A stretch of 64,000 nt of DNA, taken from Tortispora ganteri. Its lineage: Eukaryota. The stretch lies in NCBI GenBank assembly GCA_003707115.1, contig PPNB01000019.1, positions 1-64,000 on the forward strand. The letters are read 5' to 3'. A program made the translations under genes and the position numbers. Shown piece after piece: positions 51,615-62,611 of the stretch (positions are counted from its first letter, which is position 1; each line of letters begins with the position of its first letter). The notes under the pieces are model-generated. The model was not told the DNA's origin and did no database searches. It saw nothing but the letters and a program-made list of their open reading frames with translations.

Positions 51615-53747
51615 ATGTCTCGAATATTTTCTCCACATCCTATGGTGCGGCTGCCTTATTCGTCTCGACTTATAGAGCAGTATTCTGATCTACGAAGTAT
51701 TGCGTCAACCGAATGTCACCATGCAGTACTGCCTGACCAAGATGCTATATGTCTAGGCATTTCTCAATCTGCGATATCGAAGTACGATGCAATTAACTCG
51801 GGTCGTCTTTTATTCTCGTTCCCTCTTCCTCCTACAACTACAGTCTCTGCTATTTTGGCTATTGGATCAATTATATACGCTGCCATATCAGATCGCCACC
51901 AAAAGTATTTAATCGTGATTGAAGACGACAAAGAGCTTATTCGCAAAGCAATCGATTTCGAAGTGTTTGATTTGCTAAATGTCAGTTGCAACCCTCTTGT
52001 AGTCTCCTCTTCAGGTTTTGTATACTTATATTCACACCTCTTGAAGTCACTTCTATGGTCTGCTAAGTATAAAGCGTCCAGATCAACAGTATTTACGCAT
52101 CATATACCCACGCTTCCCTCAAACTTACCGTCCTGTCCGTTTGGTGCTCTACTTATCATCACCGCGCGAACTGACAAAAAGACAGCTTCTTACGAAGTTA
52201 GACTGCTTGGCTTGCTTCAAGAGGGCGTTTCGCTAGTTCATTCAGTTCAACTACCTTCTGAAAGCTCCGCTTCCTTCTTTTTTTCCGGTTGCTGCTTATA
52301 TCACGTAATCCCTGAAAAGTGTCTTTTGGAATCATATCCTATAGAGCAAAACCTCGCTTTAGCAAAGAGATTCGACTTGACGGATTCTTTGAAGTCTGAT
52401 ATATACTCATTTCTACCTTTGAATGATGCACACATTTTGATATGCACAGAATCCGAGTTTTTTCTCATCAACACTGAATACGAAACTCTTCTTACTTCCT
52501 TACCCTGTTCCAATCCCATCATTTTGAAAGCGGTACTAAATACTGCTCTAAATAGCTTTACCGTCATAGGAATCAAAGTTTCTGGAAAAGATTTGTCATC
52601 AGGTTTAGACGTCGTTTCTTTCGATATACGTGTGGAACAACCTAGCCTTCTATCTATGGTTGGCAAGTCTATATATGCAACTAACATTGAATACCCACAG
52701 TCTAAAGGCGTGGGCGAGCTGCCTCTACGTCGCGCTATTGATTATAATACTTTAAGTAACCAAATAATGGCGCATATCAATCAATCAAGCTCTCAATTTA
52801 CATATATTATCAACGATTTGAAGCAATTGGCTCAATCAAAGGATATTACATCGTGGGAAATAAGGTTAGTTCCCTATATGGCTGGTGTCAATGACTGGCG
52901 TTCTTTGTCTGACGATGTTTCTAAAATTACTATTGATCACTCTATGCTGTTGTTTAAGCCCAATAAAAGCCGCGAACTGTCTACTTTCTTTATCTCGGCT
53001 GTGCTAGATCTCATTCTTATGGTAAAAAATGGCTACACATGCTTGGTTGATGAAAAATTTGTTCCTGAAAAAACGCTAACATTCCTGTTAACGCATCCTC
53101 TTTTCCCTACTCATAAATACCCTGCACTTCTTTCTGCATTTTCTAAACACACACAACTTCTGTGGCAAGCCGTTATTACCTGCAATTCTATTCCTTGTAA
53201 CGATCTAATGCCAGCACTAGAACATGAAAGCGACGATATTTTCAAAGATGTTTTTGTGCGACTGAATGAAGAATATAGAAATTCCCTTGTTGTCTACTGG
53301 CTGAGTGCACTGTTCGATTCAGAGAAGATCACTGCGTTCATCATTCGTGCTATTTCCCTAGAGATCCCGCTCGAAAACTTCACGCCTTATATTGATGCTG
53401 CTGGATTGCTTTCTTTAGACGGAAAGGTGATTGATCAGCTCAACAATCTTGTCGACTCGCAAATAAAAATATGTGACGAGGCCTGGAAAACCTCTCAAGA
53501 AGTACAGGAAATTATAAGACGCATGGACTATAACAGAAAATCATCTTTGAAAACAGAATCATCTGGTGTTCGTATCATTCCCGAAGAAGAACTTGAAGGA
53601 GCTAAAGTCAATCAGTTCTTAACATTAGGAAAGACTGCGCATCATGATTTAAACGACATCAAGGGCAAGCTAATCAGTCATGGCCAAGAAATCTCAAAGC
53701 GTGTGGGTATATACTCAGTAGACAAGTTAGTGTGGCCTTCAAACTAA
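51615..53747 (+). CDS. UTP8: SSU processome t-UTP subunit Utp8-like
   Basis: N-terminus (..RLP..LGISQSAISKY..LLFSFPLP), LLTHPLFP and C-terminal YSVDKL resemble Utp8; about 710 aa. Confidence 0.68.
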   Translation: MSRIFSPHPMVRLPYSSRLIEQYSDLRSIASTECHHAVLPDQDAICLGISQSAISKYDAINSGRLLFSFPLPPTTTVSAILAIGSIIYAAISDRHQKYLIVIEDDKELIRKAIDFEVFDLLNVSCNPLVVSSSGFVYLYSHLLKSLLWSAKYKASRSTVFTHHIPTLPSNLPSCPFGALLIITARTDKKTASYEVRLLGLLQEGVSLVHSVQLPSESSASFFFSGCCLYHVIPEKCLLESYPIEQNLALAKRFDLTDSLKSDIYSFLPLNDAHILICTESEFFLINTEYETLLTSLPCSNPIILKAVLNTALNSFTVIGIKVSGKDLSSGLDVVSFDIRVEQPSLLSMVGKSIYATNIEYPQSKGVGELPLRRAIDYNTLSNQIMAHINQSSSQFTYIINDLKQLAQSKDITSWEIRLVPYMAGVNDWRSLSDDVSKITIDHSMLLFKPNKSRELSTFFISAVLDLILMVKNGYTCLVDEKFVPEKTLTFLLTHPLFPTHKYPALLSAFSKHTQLLWQAVITCNSIPCNDLMPALEHESDDIFKDVFVRLNEEYRNSLVVYWLSALFDSEKITAFIIRAISLEIPLENFTPYIDAAGLLSLDGKVIDQLNNLVDSQIKICDEAWKTSQEVQEIIRRMDYNRKSSLKTESSGVRIIPEEELEGAKVNQFLTLGKTAHHDLNDIKGKLISHGQEISKRVGIYSVDKLVWPSN

Positions 53748-53839
53748 CTAAATCGCTATGAAATGTGTTTATAGTTATAAAATGACACCAAAGGTATCTA
53801 ATGTCATGAAGTAAGTATCGTAAATCGATTTGTATAACA

Positions 53840-56314
53840 TTAAGACTGTTTCTTGCTGGGCTTAACATTTTCATCCCATTGAATGTTTCTGGCTGGTGGA
53901 GCAGTCCATTCCTCGTTCGTTGTAGTTGTTTCGGCACTGTTATTGCGATTCGGAGATCCAGAACGGGACGGAAGTCCTAAAGCTGCAAATCTCCGTCTTC
54001 TTTCAGCAGGAGTCTCCCCTTCAAAAGATTGTCTCTGCCGATCAATAGAGCTGCGACCAGAAGAATCATTTGAGTGCAGTGGAGCCAAAAAGTTGGTCGG
54101 TACAATAAACCCATCGTCTGTAGCATCTGTATCATTTTCGGTATGAGAATCAGCATGAGAAACCCTAATTACAGGTGGCTGAGATAGTGCTGTAGCACTG
54201 CCTTCATGATCTTTCGTTTCTCCTGTGCCAGATTGATCTTCTGGTGATGCTGATATGCCTAGAGTTTTCCTTAACGCCTGCTTAGATACCCCAACAACAC
54301 GGCTTAACGTATTAGAGCGGGCTCTGCTACGGCCAGTACCCCCAGGTTCTCGTCGAGATAATTTATAGCGCCTGATAACTTCACCTTCTTCATTTTCAAC
54401 TAGAATTACATCTCCCATCTGGTAAAGATGAGCACGAGTTCCAGCTAGAGAAGAGTTCCCTTCTTGTGACATCTGCCGTGAAATGCGATTTACCACTTCT
54501 GCATCATGTATAGAACCATCAGACGGAATACGTGTGAGTTCTTGTTCTGTAATCTGCAACTCACTAAGTCCGTTATTATCCACTGTGCCCTGAGTTCTTT
54601 CGACTCCGGGAGGAGTTCCAATTTGTGATTCCTCGTCTGTTCTGACTACACCAAGTACTTCTCCTTGATGATCCTCGATAACAACATTTTTACCTTCCTC
54701 GTATGCCTCAATACTGGGATCGGTGAAGTCATAAGTATCGTTTTGAGGTTTGCGTACAGGTCTGTGGTCTGTAAATGAAGGTATAGCAAGACCTGTAGCA
54801 GCTTTAACTTGGGTTTCTGAATCTTCAGATTCATCATGTTTCTTATGATTAAAGATATGTCTAGGGTTGAAAATGGATAAATCCATCGTGTGTTCACGTT
54901 TAAGTGTAAGGTTCGCAACGTTTTGTCCAGGTAGACGGTTGAGCCATGATGGGCCAGTGTTTCCGGTGGTATTTGAAATAGTAATTGCCATTGTATTGAT
55001 TCTTTTCCCCAAAGTGAAAACCGCAATAGATGAACCGTGTATTATAATTGAAGCAACAATCATAAAAGTCACCATAGGCCAAATCACAACCATTAAATGG
55101 TAATTTTCTGAGCCTGGAGGGGGCAATATGGCCAATGGGGTAGGATTATCATGCTCAATTTCAGCCAATGCAATCAGCGACATGAAAACAGCTCCTACAC
55201 CAATAGGGCCAAAGTGCCCACAGAAAAAAGCTTCGCGCCAAGTACGAATATCTCTGATGAATGGTTTAGCCGCCAGCATGGCTGGTATACGCCTAAGTAA
55301 GATCACCAATATCGCAATGATAACTAATCTCCAGGAGTATATTCCCCATTCTGGGGCTTGAAAACTTTGCCAAGGCACGATGGCGCCAAAATATACAAAA
55401 TAGGTCAAATTCAGAAGAAGGTCTATGACGTTTGACACATGTGACTCTTCTGTTTTACGGGCAAACCATCCGTCCCATGAGAATGCAGTACCACAAGAAA
55501 ATGCGACCAAGAGATCATCAACTCCCAAGATAGTTCCTATGCCTGCGCAAAATACTGCCAGAACAAAATAATAAACAAGAAAAGATTCACGATCTATAAA
55601 ATTGTGTCTCTCAGCAAATTTGATTAAATGCCTGCTAGACCAACCTATACAAGCGCCTAATATACAACCAAAAACGCACTCGTAAAGAACGCATAGGCAA
55701 ATCCAATCTTTGAATGCGACAGCGGAGTTATCGGGTGATTGAATAATATATATGGCCACAAAGGCAAACGGATACGCCATGCCATCATTGCATCCAGATT
55801 CGGCAGAAAGCAAGTTTCTGAGATGGCCAGGTACACGGCGAGCAAATTTACCTTTTCCTACGACTGCTGAAGCGAGAACAGGATCAGTGGCTGTGATACA
55901 AGCCCCACATAGCAAGGCCTCTAGCCATGTCAATGTGGGCATTAGTCCCCAGAACAGCAGCGAGCATACGATCCATCCGGTAGCCATTACAGGCACAAGA
56001 AGTACAAACACAGAGAGCCAGTGTTTAAGCATATACCGTGGAGGGAGTTCTACAGCAACTGCGAGGATTTGCACAACCAGTACTATTCTAGATAGTTCTA
56101 AAGTGATGAAATCTGTATTTCCCCAGTTATTTGGGTCAAACCAATTAAGACAATGCGGGCCAATGATAACACCGAATATACCTGCCACGGTAGCCTCACC
56201 AATATATAGTCGCTCTTTGATGAATAGCGAGAACAAAGAAAACAGGACAATAAAGCCGCCTAGCAAGGCATAAGCTACATGAGGCGCATTTATCCATAGC
56301 TGATCCCAGACCAT
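53840..56314 (-). CDS. NHA1: Plasma-membrane Na+(K+)/H+ antiporter
   Basis: MVWDQL, FSLFIKERLYIGE, ATDPVLA, ESGCNDG, GVDDLL, GHFGPIGVGA, and a long hydrophilic tail. Confidence 0.95.
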   Translation of the reverse strand: MVWDQLWINAPHVAYALLGGFIVLFSLFSLFIKERLYIGEATVAGIFGVIIGPHCLNWFDPNNWGNTDFITLELSRIVLVVQILAVAVELPPRYMLKHWLSVFVLLVPVMATGWIVCSLLFWGLMPTLTWLEALLCGACITATDPVLASAVVGKGKFARRVPGHLRNLLSAESGCNDGMAYPFAFVAIYIIQSPDNSAVAFKDWICLCVLYECVFGCILGACIGWSSRHLIKFAERHNFIDRESFLVYYFVLAVFCAGIGTILGVDDLLVAFSCGTAFSWDGWFARKTEESHVSNVIDLLLNLTYFVYFGAIVPWQSFQAPEWGIYSWRLVIIAILVILLRRIPAMLAAKPFIRDIRTWREAFFCGHFGPIGVGAVFMSLIALAEIEHDNPTPLAILPPPGSENYHLMVVIWPMVTFMIVASIIIHGSSIAVFTLGKRINTMAITISNTTGNTGPSWLNRLPGQNVANLTLKREHTMDLSIFNPRHIFNHKKHDESEDSETQVKAATGLAIPSFTDHRPVRKPQNDTYDFTDPSIEAYEEGKNVVIEDHQGEVLGVVRTDEESQIGTPPGVERTQGTVDNNGLSELQITEQELTRIPSDGSIHDAEVVNRISRQMSQEGNSSLAGTRAHLYQMGDVILVENEEGEVIRRYKLSRREPGGTGRSRARSNTLSRVVGVSKQALRKTLGISASPEDQSGTGETKDHEGSATALSQPPVIRVSHADSHTENDTDATDDGFIVPTNFLAPLHSNDSSGRSSIDRQRQSFEGETPAERRRRFAALGLPSRSGSPNRNNSAETTTTNEEWTAPPARNIQWDENVKPSKKQS

Positions 56315-56542
56315 TATAAAATTGAAACTGATTTCCTCTAAAGAATGAAAAAAGAGACGAACTGAGAAACGATAGCTTGGGAAAGTTTCATCCCCAAGGC
56401 GAGGCTTATGAAGAGAGGAAATGAGGGATAGAAAGAAAAGTAGTATAGTTAGAATAATAATTAATTAACCTTATCTTTCGGGGCAAGTAGCATAGTAATC
56501 GCACAAGAACTAAGTCTATATGGAAGATTAAACAACGCATTC

Positions 56543-56818
56543 CTAAATAGACGATTCTAGAAAATATTTGAGATCTTTTAATAGCTCAATTTTCGTAACA
56601 TCAGGCACTAGTTCTACAGCATGAGATTCAAACTGCGATCTGATCGTTTCATAGTTGACGTTGGGATTGGATTTCAAAGTCTGTCTTATTTCATTTCGCA
56701 CTGTGTCATACCAGTCAGATTCTAGTAATTGCGTCTCGAGCTTGGTTGATATTCTTTCATATTCCCCAGAATCGACTAATTTGCGTAAAATTGCAGCTTT
56801 TTCGTCGCTATTCGACAT
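56543..56818 (-). CDS. SUS1: SAGA/TREX-2 subunit Sus1 (ENY2)
   Basis: LVDSGEYERI..L.ESDW.D.V..AVELVPD.TK.ELL..L. Start at ATG 56818; the longer ORF-track version overlaps MED5. Confidence 0.88.
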   Translation of the reverse strand: MSNSDEKAAILRKLVDSGEYERISTKLETQLLESDWYDTVRNEIRQTLKSNPNVNYETIRSQFESHAVELVPDVTKIELLKDLKYFLESSI

Positions 56819-56945
56819 TTTCAGAAGATCTTTAACAAACTTGTTATTCTGGTTTTTTCTTGTCTCAAGGTGACTTTCATTTTCTTTACAACTCCCAAAA
56901 CAACCTTCTCTACTTGAAATCCCATCTACCAAACTCCAACAACAT

Positions 56946-59567
56946 ATGTCATTAGACTTTATAAAAGCAGCAATTGACAAAAGGATTCCTTCAAACCAGT
57001 TCATACTGGACCTGGGCGACCAATCGATTGATTTGAAACATATCGCCTCCCTTAACGATATTGCTTGTGATCCGCTACTTGCAGAATATTTGGTTTCCTA
57101 TTCCACTTCGTCCCGGCACATCAAGCCATCAGACCTCATTCATTCCCTCTCCGCTTCTTCTAACTACTCTTTACTTTCCAATGTTTTTATTACCCTGGCA
57201 TTTGCTTTGAATCCGACGCTGGTGTCTGATCCGAACCCTTACATTAAAGCTGTCACTCCTATTCTTGGAACTTGCCCAGACCAGATTCGTGAGTCCCTCG
57301 CTTCTTTTCTAATAGCTTTATCACGATTGTCTCATATCAACACTATGGATGCTGAGAACTCACAATCTTTCTCTACAGCTTTGTCTATTTTTATGTCAAA
57401 GTTGTCTGAATCATACCCTCCATTAGCACACGCTTTGACACAAGCATACTCTCAGTTGTTAGCCGGCTCTAACTCCAAAGCACCGTTATCACTCACTTCT
57501 TTCTCAAGCAAGAAAACTGGTTTCCTATCTATTCGAGTATCTCGTTTATTATGGCTGTCTAGCCTCATGTGCTCTCTGCCTGAAGTATACTCACCCACTT
57601 TTGAGAATGCCCTCAAAAATAAAACACCCAATAGCTCTCCGCAGCTGACAGCCTCAATTCTAATTGAATCTGCATTTGATGCGTTGGCTTCTTCTATTTT
57701 ATCAAAAGACTCTGCTGCTCGTATATCTCTTTGGAAATTGTTCCTTTGTCACAGATTGCCGCATATTCTGAAATCTGTGCTATCCCCGTTGAGTAACACC
57801 GCGGCAGTGGTCTCCAATATCGTTCAGTCTATGGATAAATATGTCATATCTATATGCAATTCCCAAGACACTCCTGTGAGTTCATTTGATGGTGAGTTGG
57901 AGGATATGTTTTCTGCATTTCCTTCAACTAGTTCCGACATCAGAATTGAATTTATCACCTCTTGCATAAGCATTGGCCTTCTCGAGACGGTACCTGCATT
58001 CCCAGGTGTTACTGACGCTCAGATGGATGAAGTTGAACCATTACTTTCTCTATTTGACTCTTCTGTATCTGATATAACCTTGATAATGGACAATGCTCCT
58101 AACGCAGATCTTGAAGAGGCTTTGTGCTCTTTGAATGCATATTCATTACCCGATCAGTCTCTTATTACCCAGGGTATTTCATACGGAATTGACTCTTATA
58201 TCGCAAAGAATGATTATGCAAAATTATATTGGATTTGTCAACTGTTAGCAGCTAACCCCATATCTCTTGACATTTGGGCGCTAAATCAACCTGCATCGAA
58301 ATATGTCGCAATGATCATCAATTTCCTTGACAATTGGCCTGAAAACGATCAGGACGACCTGCTTTATCAAGAAAAATACACATATTTTGGGGTTATTCTT
58401 TTATTTGTTGCTACTGTGCGACACAGATACAAAGTCAATTTTAAAGGCCTTGATATTTCTGAAAATTCATATGTTGTCAACGTTATTTCGTCTTCTGGCA
58501 ACTCTGTGGACCTAAGCACAGCTGACGCCCAATTTTCAGATCATATAGGTAAATGGATAGTGGCATTGTTTGGGACCGAAGGAATAGGTGATGAGCTACT
58601 TGGTAGCATTTGGGTTAAGGATTTTATCAAGATGGTGCCCTACATATTTGATCAGATTATACTGGCTGTAACATTGAACGCTATAGATCTGGAAACCGTA
58701 AAAGGAGGTCTTGAATACTTTATGCAACCCTTTTTGCTTCCATACCTATATTTTGCTTTGACTTGGTTCAATTCAGAACTTTGGCGGTTATCTTCAATTC
58801 AAGATTCTGCACCGCTAGGACATATCTGCGGTGTTTTAGTCATGCAGAATCCCACTGAAGGGCAATCTATTCATCGTGCTGTATTGAACGCCACTGCTAG
58901 TAGACTTCTGGAAACTCTTGATGTACTAGATGCGCAGGGTATTTCAGTCACATCTTCTCATTCTCCTTCCTCGGGCCTTTTTCTAGCTTTAAAGCAGCTA
59001 CTCTCACCAATTGCTGATCTGAGCATCACATGCCCTTCCGTGAATATACAGCATGCGACTGCATCAAATGTACTTGCTCAAATTCGCTCTCTAACTAGTT
59101 GGGGTGCAAATACAACTAGTATTGTAAATATCCTAAATCAATCGAAGTTGGACAAAGAAAAATCATCCGATGAAATGGAAGTTGATGAGCAGAACGGTGT
59201 CAAGATACCATCTAGTCCTAGTCAAAGTGCGGATCATCATGTGGCTTTTGATCCACTCTTATTATCTGAGGCCGTGTTCCTTATGGGTGCTGAGACAGTT
59301 CTGCAGCTATTGGTGGATGAATATCGTGCGGTAGATCAGCAAAATGTGGGGCATTCTGCTCTTGATGCAATTGTTTCACTAATACGGTACGCTGTACCAC
59401 TTCCCGAATCCAATGAAAAGGATCTAAAAAGTTGTTTGATGTTATATAACCCGCAAACGATAGCTTGCAAGTCTTCTGAGCCTTCAATGATATCTGCGAA
59501 CTCTGCTGGATGGATGTCATGTCAAGAAGCGATTAATATAATCAAGCGCCGAATTGAAGAAGTATGA
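56946..59567 (+). CDS. NUT1: Mediator tail subunit Med5
   Basis: MSLDFIKAAIDKRIP..F, LIESAFD, LWKLFL..RLP, DIRIEF, YQEKYTYFGVILL, LKGGLEYF-like VKGGLEYFMQPFLLP. Confidence 0.8.
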   Translation: MSLDFIKAAIDKRIPSNQFILDLGDQSIDLKHIASLNDIACDPLLAEYLVSYSTSSRHIKPSDLIHSLSASSNYSLLSNVFITLAFALNPTLVSDPNPYIKAVTPILGTCPDQIRESLASFLIALSRLSHINTMDAENSQSFSTALSIFMSKLSESYPPLAHALTQAYSQLLAGSNSKAPLSLTSFSSKKTGFLSIRVSRLLWLSSLMCSLPEVYSPTFENALKNKTPNSSPQLTASILIESAFDALASSILSKDSAARISLWKLFLCHRLPHILKSVLSPLSNTAAVVSNIVQSMDKYVISICNSQDTPVSSFDGELEDMFSAFPSTSSDIRIEFITSCISIGLLETVPAFPGVTDAQMDEVEPLLSLFDSSVSDITLIMDNAPNADLEEALCSLNAYSLPDQSLITQGISYGIDSYIAKNDYAKLYWICQLLAANPISLDIWALNQPASKYVAMIINFLDNWPENDQDDLLYQEKYTYFGVILLFVATVRHRYKVNFKGLDISENSYVVNVISSSGNSVDLSTADAQFSDHIGKWIVALFGTEGIGDELLGSIWVKDFIKMVPYIFDQIILAVTLNAIDLETVKGGLEYFMQPFLLPYLYFALTWFNSELWRLSSIQDSAPLGHICGVLVMQNPTEGQSIHRAVLNATASRLLETLDVLDAQGISVTSSHSPSSGLFLALKQLLSPIADLSITCPSVNIQHATASNVLAQIRSLTSWGANTTSIVNILNQSKLDKEKSSDEMEVDEQNGVKIPSSPSQSADHHVAFDPLLLSEAVFLMGAETVLQLLVDEYRAVDQQNVGHSALDAIVSLIRYAVPLPESNEKDLKSCLMLYNPQTIACKSSEPSMISANSAGWMSCQEAINIIKRRIEEV

Positions 59568-59589
59568 AGCTACAGTTAGTGCAACAGTT

Positions 59590-60555
59590 TCAGTTTTTCA
59601 TTGCATGTGATATGATTTGGCCATATGTGGGAATATATTTTTCTGCAGCTTCAGCATGATACGGCAGCGGTAACGGGAAACATTTTTTTATCTCAGTCTG
59701 GTCATTGATTTCAACAATTTGACCTTTATCTACCATAACACTTATATGACCATTATCTTTGGGTATTTTGTGCTCGAATTTTGGAGTCTGGTTATATGTC
59801 CATTCGTTACTCATTAGTAATTTGTAGTCATCTCGAAGAGAGGGGTCGCTGTACCGATTAAAGAATTCGTCAAAGGATGAGAAATGAAAAACAGGTAACG
59901 ACTCTGATTCTATTTTAGCAAAATCTTTAAAGGCTTGAATGGCCGAGTCTTCAAAAGAGCGGTCATCTAACCACTCAACATTAGCAACAGGAGACCGCAC
60001 AGACTCTACACCGCGTCCGATAATTGATCCGATGTAGGAAGGTCGTAATGACCGTGAAAGGCTCACCAATTGCGATCGCAGCAACATTGTTCCATGCGCA
60101 TACGCGTGATTATGAACCAGTTTGAATGCTGATCCGGAAACCTTTTGATTGTTGCTATTAACAATATCGTGTCTTTCGTTGACATATAGTTTGTCGTTCT
60201 TTGCATATCTGTTCAGCTGAGGAACTAGCAGTTTTATGAATACATCTCTATCAAACTGATGTCTAGGCATCATCACTGAAAAGTTATAGTTGCCGTGATC
60301 GTGAAATACTGTTCCTCCCCCTGAAAATCGTCGTACAATAGGTATACTGTGCGACTCTAAATATGGCACATTACATTCGCGCCAAGGGTTCTGATTACGG
60401 CCTATTATTACAGAAGGAGAGTTCTTATACAAAAGTAGACAGTATGACGTATTATATTTCGAGAGTGTTCGAAATAGAAAATTTTCAATTGCAAGATTCA
60501 CTCTAGGATCATGCGTCGCAGAGATAAAAACCCTGGCATTCGATGTAGTAGTCAT
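59590..60555 (-). CDS. AIM22: Lipoate-protein ligase A / lipoyltransferase
   Basis: NLAIENFL, SVIIGRNQNPWREC, RRFSGGGTVFHD.GN.NFS, KVSGSAFK, HGTMLL. Confidence 0.9.
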   Translation of the reverse strand: MTTTSNARVFISATHDPRVNLAIENFLFRTLSKYNTSYCLLLYKNSPSVIIGRNQNPWRECNVPYLESHSIPIVRRFSGGGTVFHDHGNYNFSVMMPRHQFDRDVFIKLLVPQLNRYAKNDKLYVNERHDIVNSNNQKVSGSAFKLVHNHAYAHGTMLLRSQLVSLSRSLRPSYIGSIIGRGVESVRSPVANVEWLDDRSFEDSAIQAFKDFAKIESESLPVFHFSSFDEFFNRYSDPSLRDDYKLLMSNEWTYNQTPKFEHKIPKDNGHISVMVDKGQIVEINDQTEIKKCFPLPLPYHAEAAEKYIPTYGQIISHAMKN

Positions 60556-60726
60556 CTAGAGGTGGTGGTGCGAAGGTTAAGTTTCAGTGGTGTAAATGCG
60601 AACAGTGGCAGTATAACGGCAGAGCACTCTAGAAAAAACCGGCAACGAAGAAAAAAAGGCAATAAAAGTCTTTCGACATAAGAAATTTGTCGTCGTATCA
60701 AAAATCAAATAACGACTACTGATCAC

Positions 60727-61782
60727 TCATCGTTTTCTGGGCCTTGGCTTGATGTCTTCATCTTTGACCATATGCAACCTCACTGTTTTGGGGTAGTCTT
60801 GCCTATTGAATTGGTACCCCTTGCTCCAATCATAAGAAAGGGCATAGGCAAATATCGTACCTTTTGAATTAAAAGCAGAGGCAACAACAGGAGCACCTAG
60901 ATTTGGAAAGAATTTAAGTCGGTGTCTGGATTCTTTATCCCAGTAATGGAAAGTGCCATCAGCTCCACAGGTTGCAAAGGTTCCGTATTGAGGATGGAAT
61001 GAGATTGAATTTAAAGCAAAAACATTGAATTCTGGACGCGCACCTTGTGAAACCTGATCTCTATGGCATTTGAACGAAAACGAGTCTTTTTGTTGCTTCT
61101 CATCGACATACTGTATGGAACACCGCCCTTCGATGGATCCTACTGCGTAACCATTCGCCGACGGAAAACACGAGACGACACGAGTTTGCAGCTTCAACGG
61201 ACTCATAATGTTCTTAAATATAGCACCAGGATTATTGAGATCGATGATGGCGATGTGACGTTCTGCAGTGGCCACAACCAAAAGGTTGCTCTTGGTGTCC
61301 ATAGAATAGGCCCGTTCAGGCAGATTAACAGTTGCGATAGGAGACTGTTGTCGGAGATCCCAGTACTTTAGTGTCTTATCCCATGAAGCTGTAGCCAAAA
61401 TTGGGCCTTGTGCACTAGGGATATTAACAAAACGCACATCCTTAATAGGAGCGTCATGAGCAGCCATTTGTGCAGCTTGGCCAGTAGCAACGTCAAAGAC
61501 TCGCCCAGCACGATCAACTCCTCCAGATGCGACTTTTGTGCCGTCAGGTGACCAGTGCACACTCAACACAGGACCCTGGTGCTCATACAGCGCCTTACCT
61601 TGCGACTCAAGGTTCTGATTGACTTCGTAAAGTCTTACTTTGTTATCCCAAGATCCAACAGCTAAGTAGTCACCTTGCGTTGAGAAATCCAGCGACGAAA
61701 TAGAGTCATCAGGCAGAGAAACCAGGTCCCGGTCATTCTTTAAATCATTCGCGCTAGCGACACCAGGAGTTACAAATGACAT
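60727..61782 (-). CDS. GLE2: mRNA export WD40 protein Gle2/Rae1
   Basis: WD40 repeats, SPLKLQTR, GSIEGRC, FSFKCHR, YALSYDWSKG. Confidence 0.95.
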   Translation of the reverse strand: MSFVTPGVASANDLKNDRDLVSLPDDSISSLDFSTQGDYLAVGSWDNKVRLYEVNQNLESQGKALYEHQGPVLSVHWSPDGTKVASGGVDRAGRVFDVATGQAAQMAAHDAPIKDVRFVNIPSAQGPILATASWDKTLKYWDLRQQSPIATVNLPERAYSMDTKSNLLVVATAERHIAIIDLNNPGAIFKNIMSPLKLQTRVVSCFPSANGYAVGSIEGRCSIQYVDEKQQKDSFSFKCHRDQVSQGARPEFNVFALNSISFHPQYGTFATCGADGTFHYWDKESRHRLKFFPNLGAPVVASAFNSKGTIFAYALSYDWSKGYQFNRQDYPKTVRLHMVKDEDIKPRPRKR

Positions 61783-62611
61783 TATGCCTATTATCCTGTT
61801 TTAGCTGTATTCTGTGCGAATTCGTTTCTATGTTTATTCCAAAGAGGTTCGTTGTGCTGAGAAAACAAGAGTTGGGCGTTGAGTAACTAGTATACCATCT
61901 ATGTAGTTTTCAGTCTCTTGGTATGGCACCTAATCACTAGATCCAGCCGAGTAGCGTCTAGGAGTCTATTAATAATTTATAGGCTTCATTCAAATAGATT
62001 TGGGTCTTTTACGCGTACTTTTCGTTTGAACATTGATACTGTTTGCGAAGACATGGCTGTTTTCAGCGTTTCCGATCGCTATATAGCTAGTAAACCTTCC
62101 GTACGTATCACATTTCGATTTGTTATCAAATTTTCATAACTATATATATATTTCACTTATAAGTTAATAATCTTGCGAATAATCAAGCTATAATATAACG
62201 TATATTTCTTGTACTGAAAGAATAATGAATAAGTAGCACATGGTATTTCAAAACTCTATTCCGATTAAAGTTCATGAGAAAATATTTCGTACTATAGTGC
62301 CTCGAGGGTTCCATAGGCGTCTTTTTTCACCTTCGATTTCAATACGTATTTTCTTCATTACTGGTAACGAAGTTGATACACATTTAGGTCTCAAAGAGTC
62401 TGGTTATCTCTATTTTATACTGTACATTTAGTACTTGCATTCGGCTTGACTCTTGACGAATCCCTTATTGTTATTGCACAGCGAAGAGATTTTCTAAACA
62501 TTGTCTGCCTCTTGTAACATTAGTAACTAAGAAGAGATCTGTTCAATACTGGTAGAGGCAGCTTACTGAATAATTTTACATATACACTCAGAGGTCCTTT
62601 AATCCCTATAA

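Noticed and set aside
56819..57004. N-terminal extension of SUS1 overlapping MED5
   Set aside because: Sus1 homology begins at ATG 56818; the extension runs through the shared promoter into the MED5 CDS
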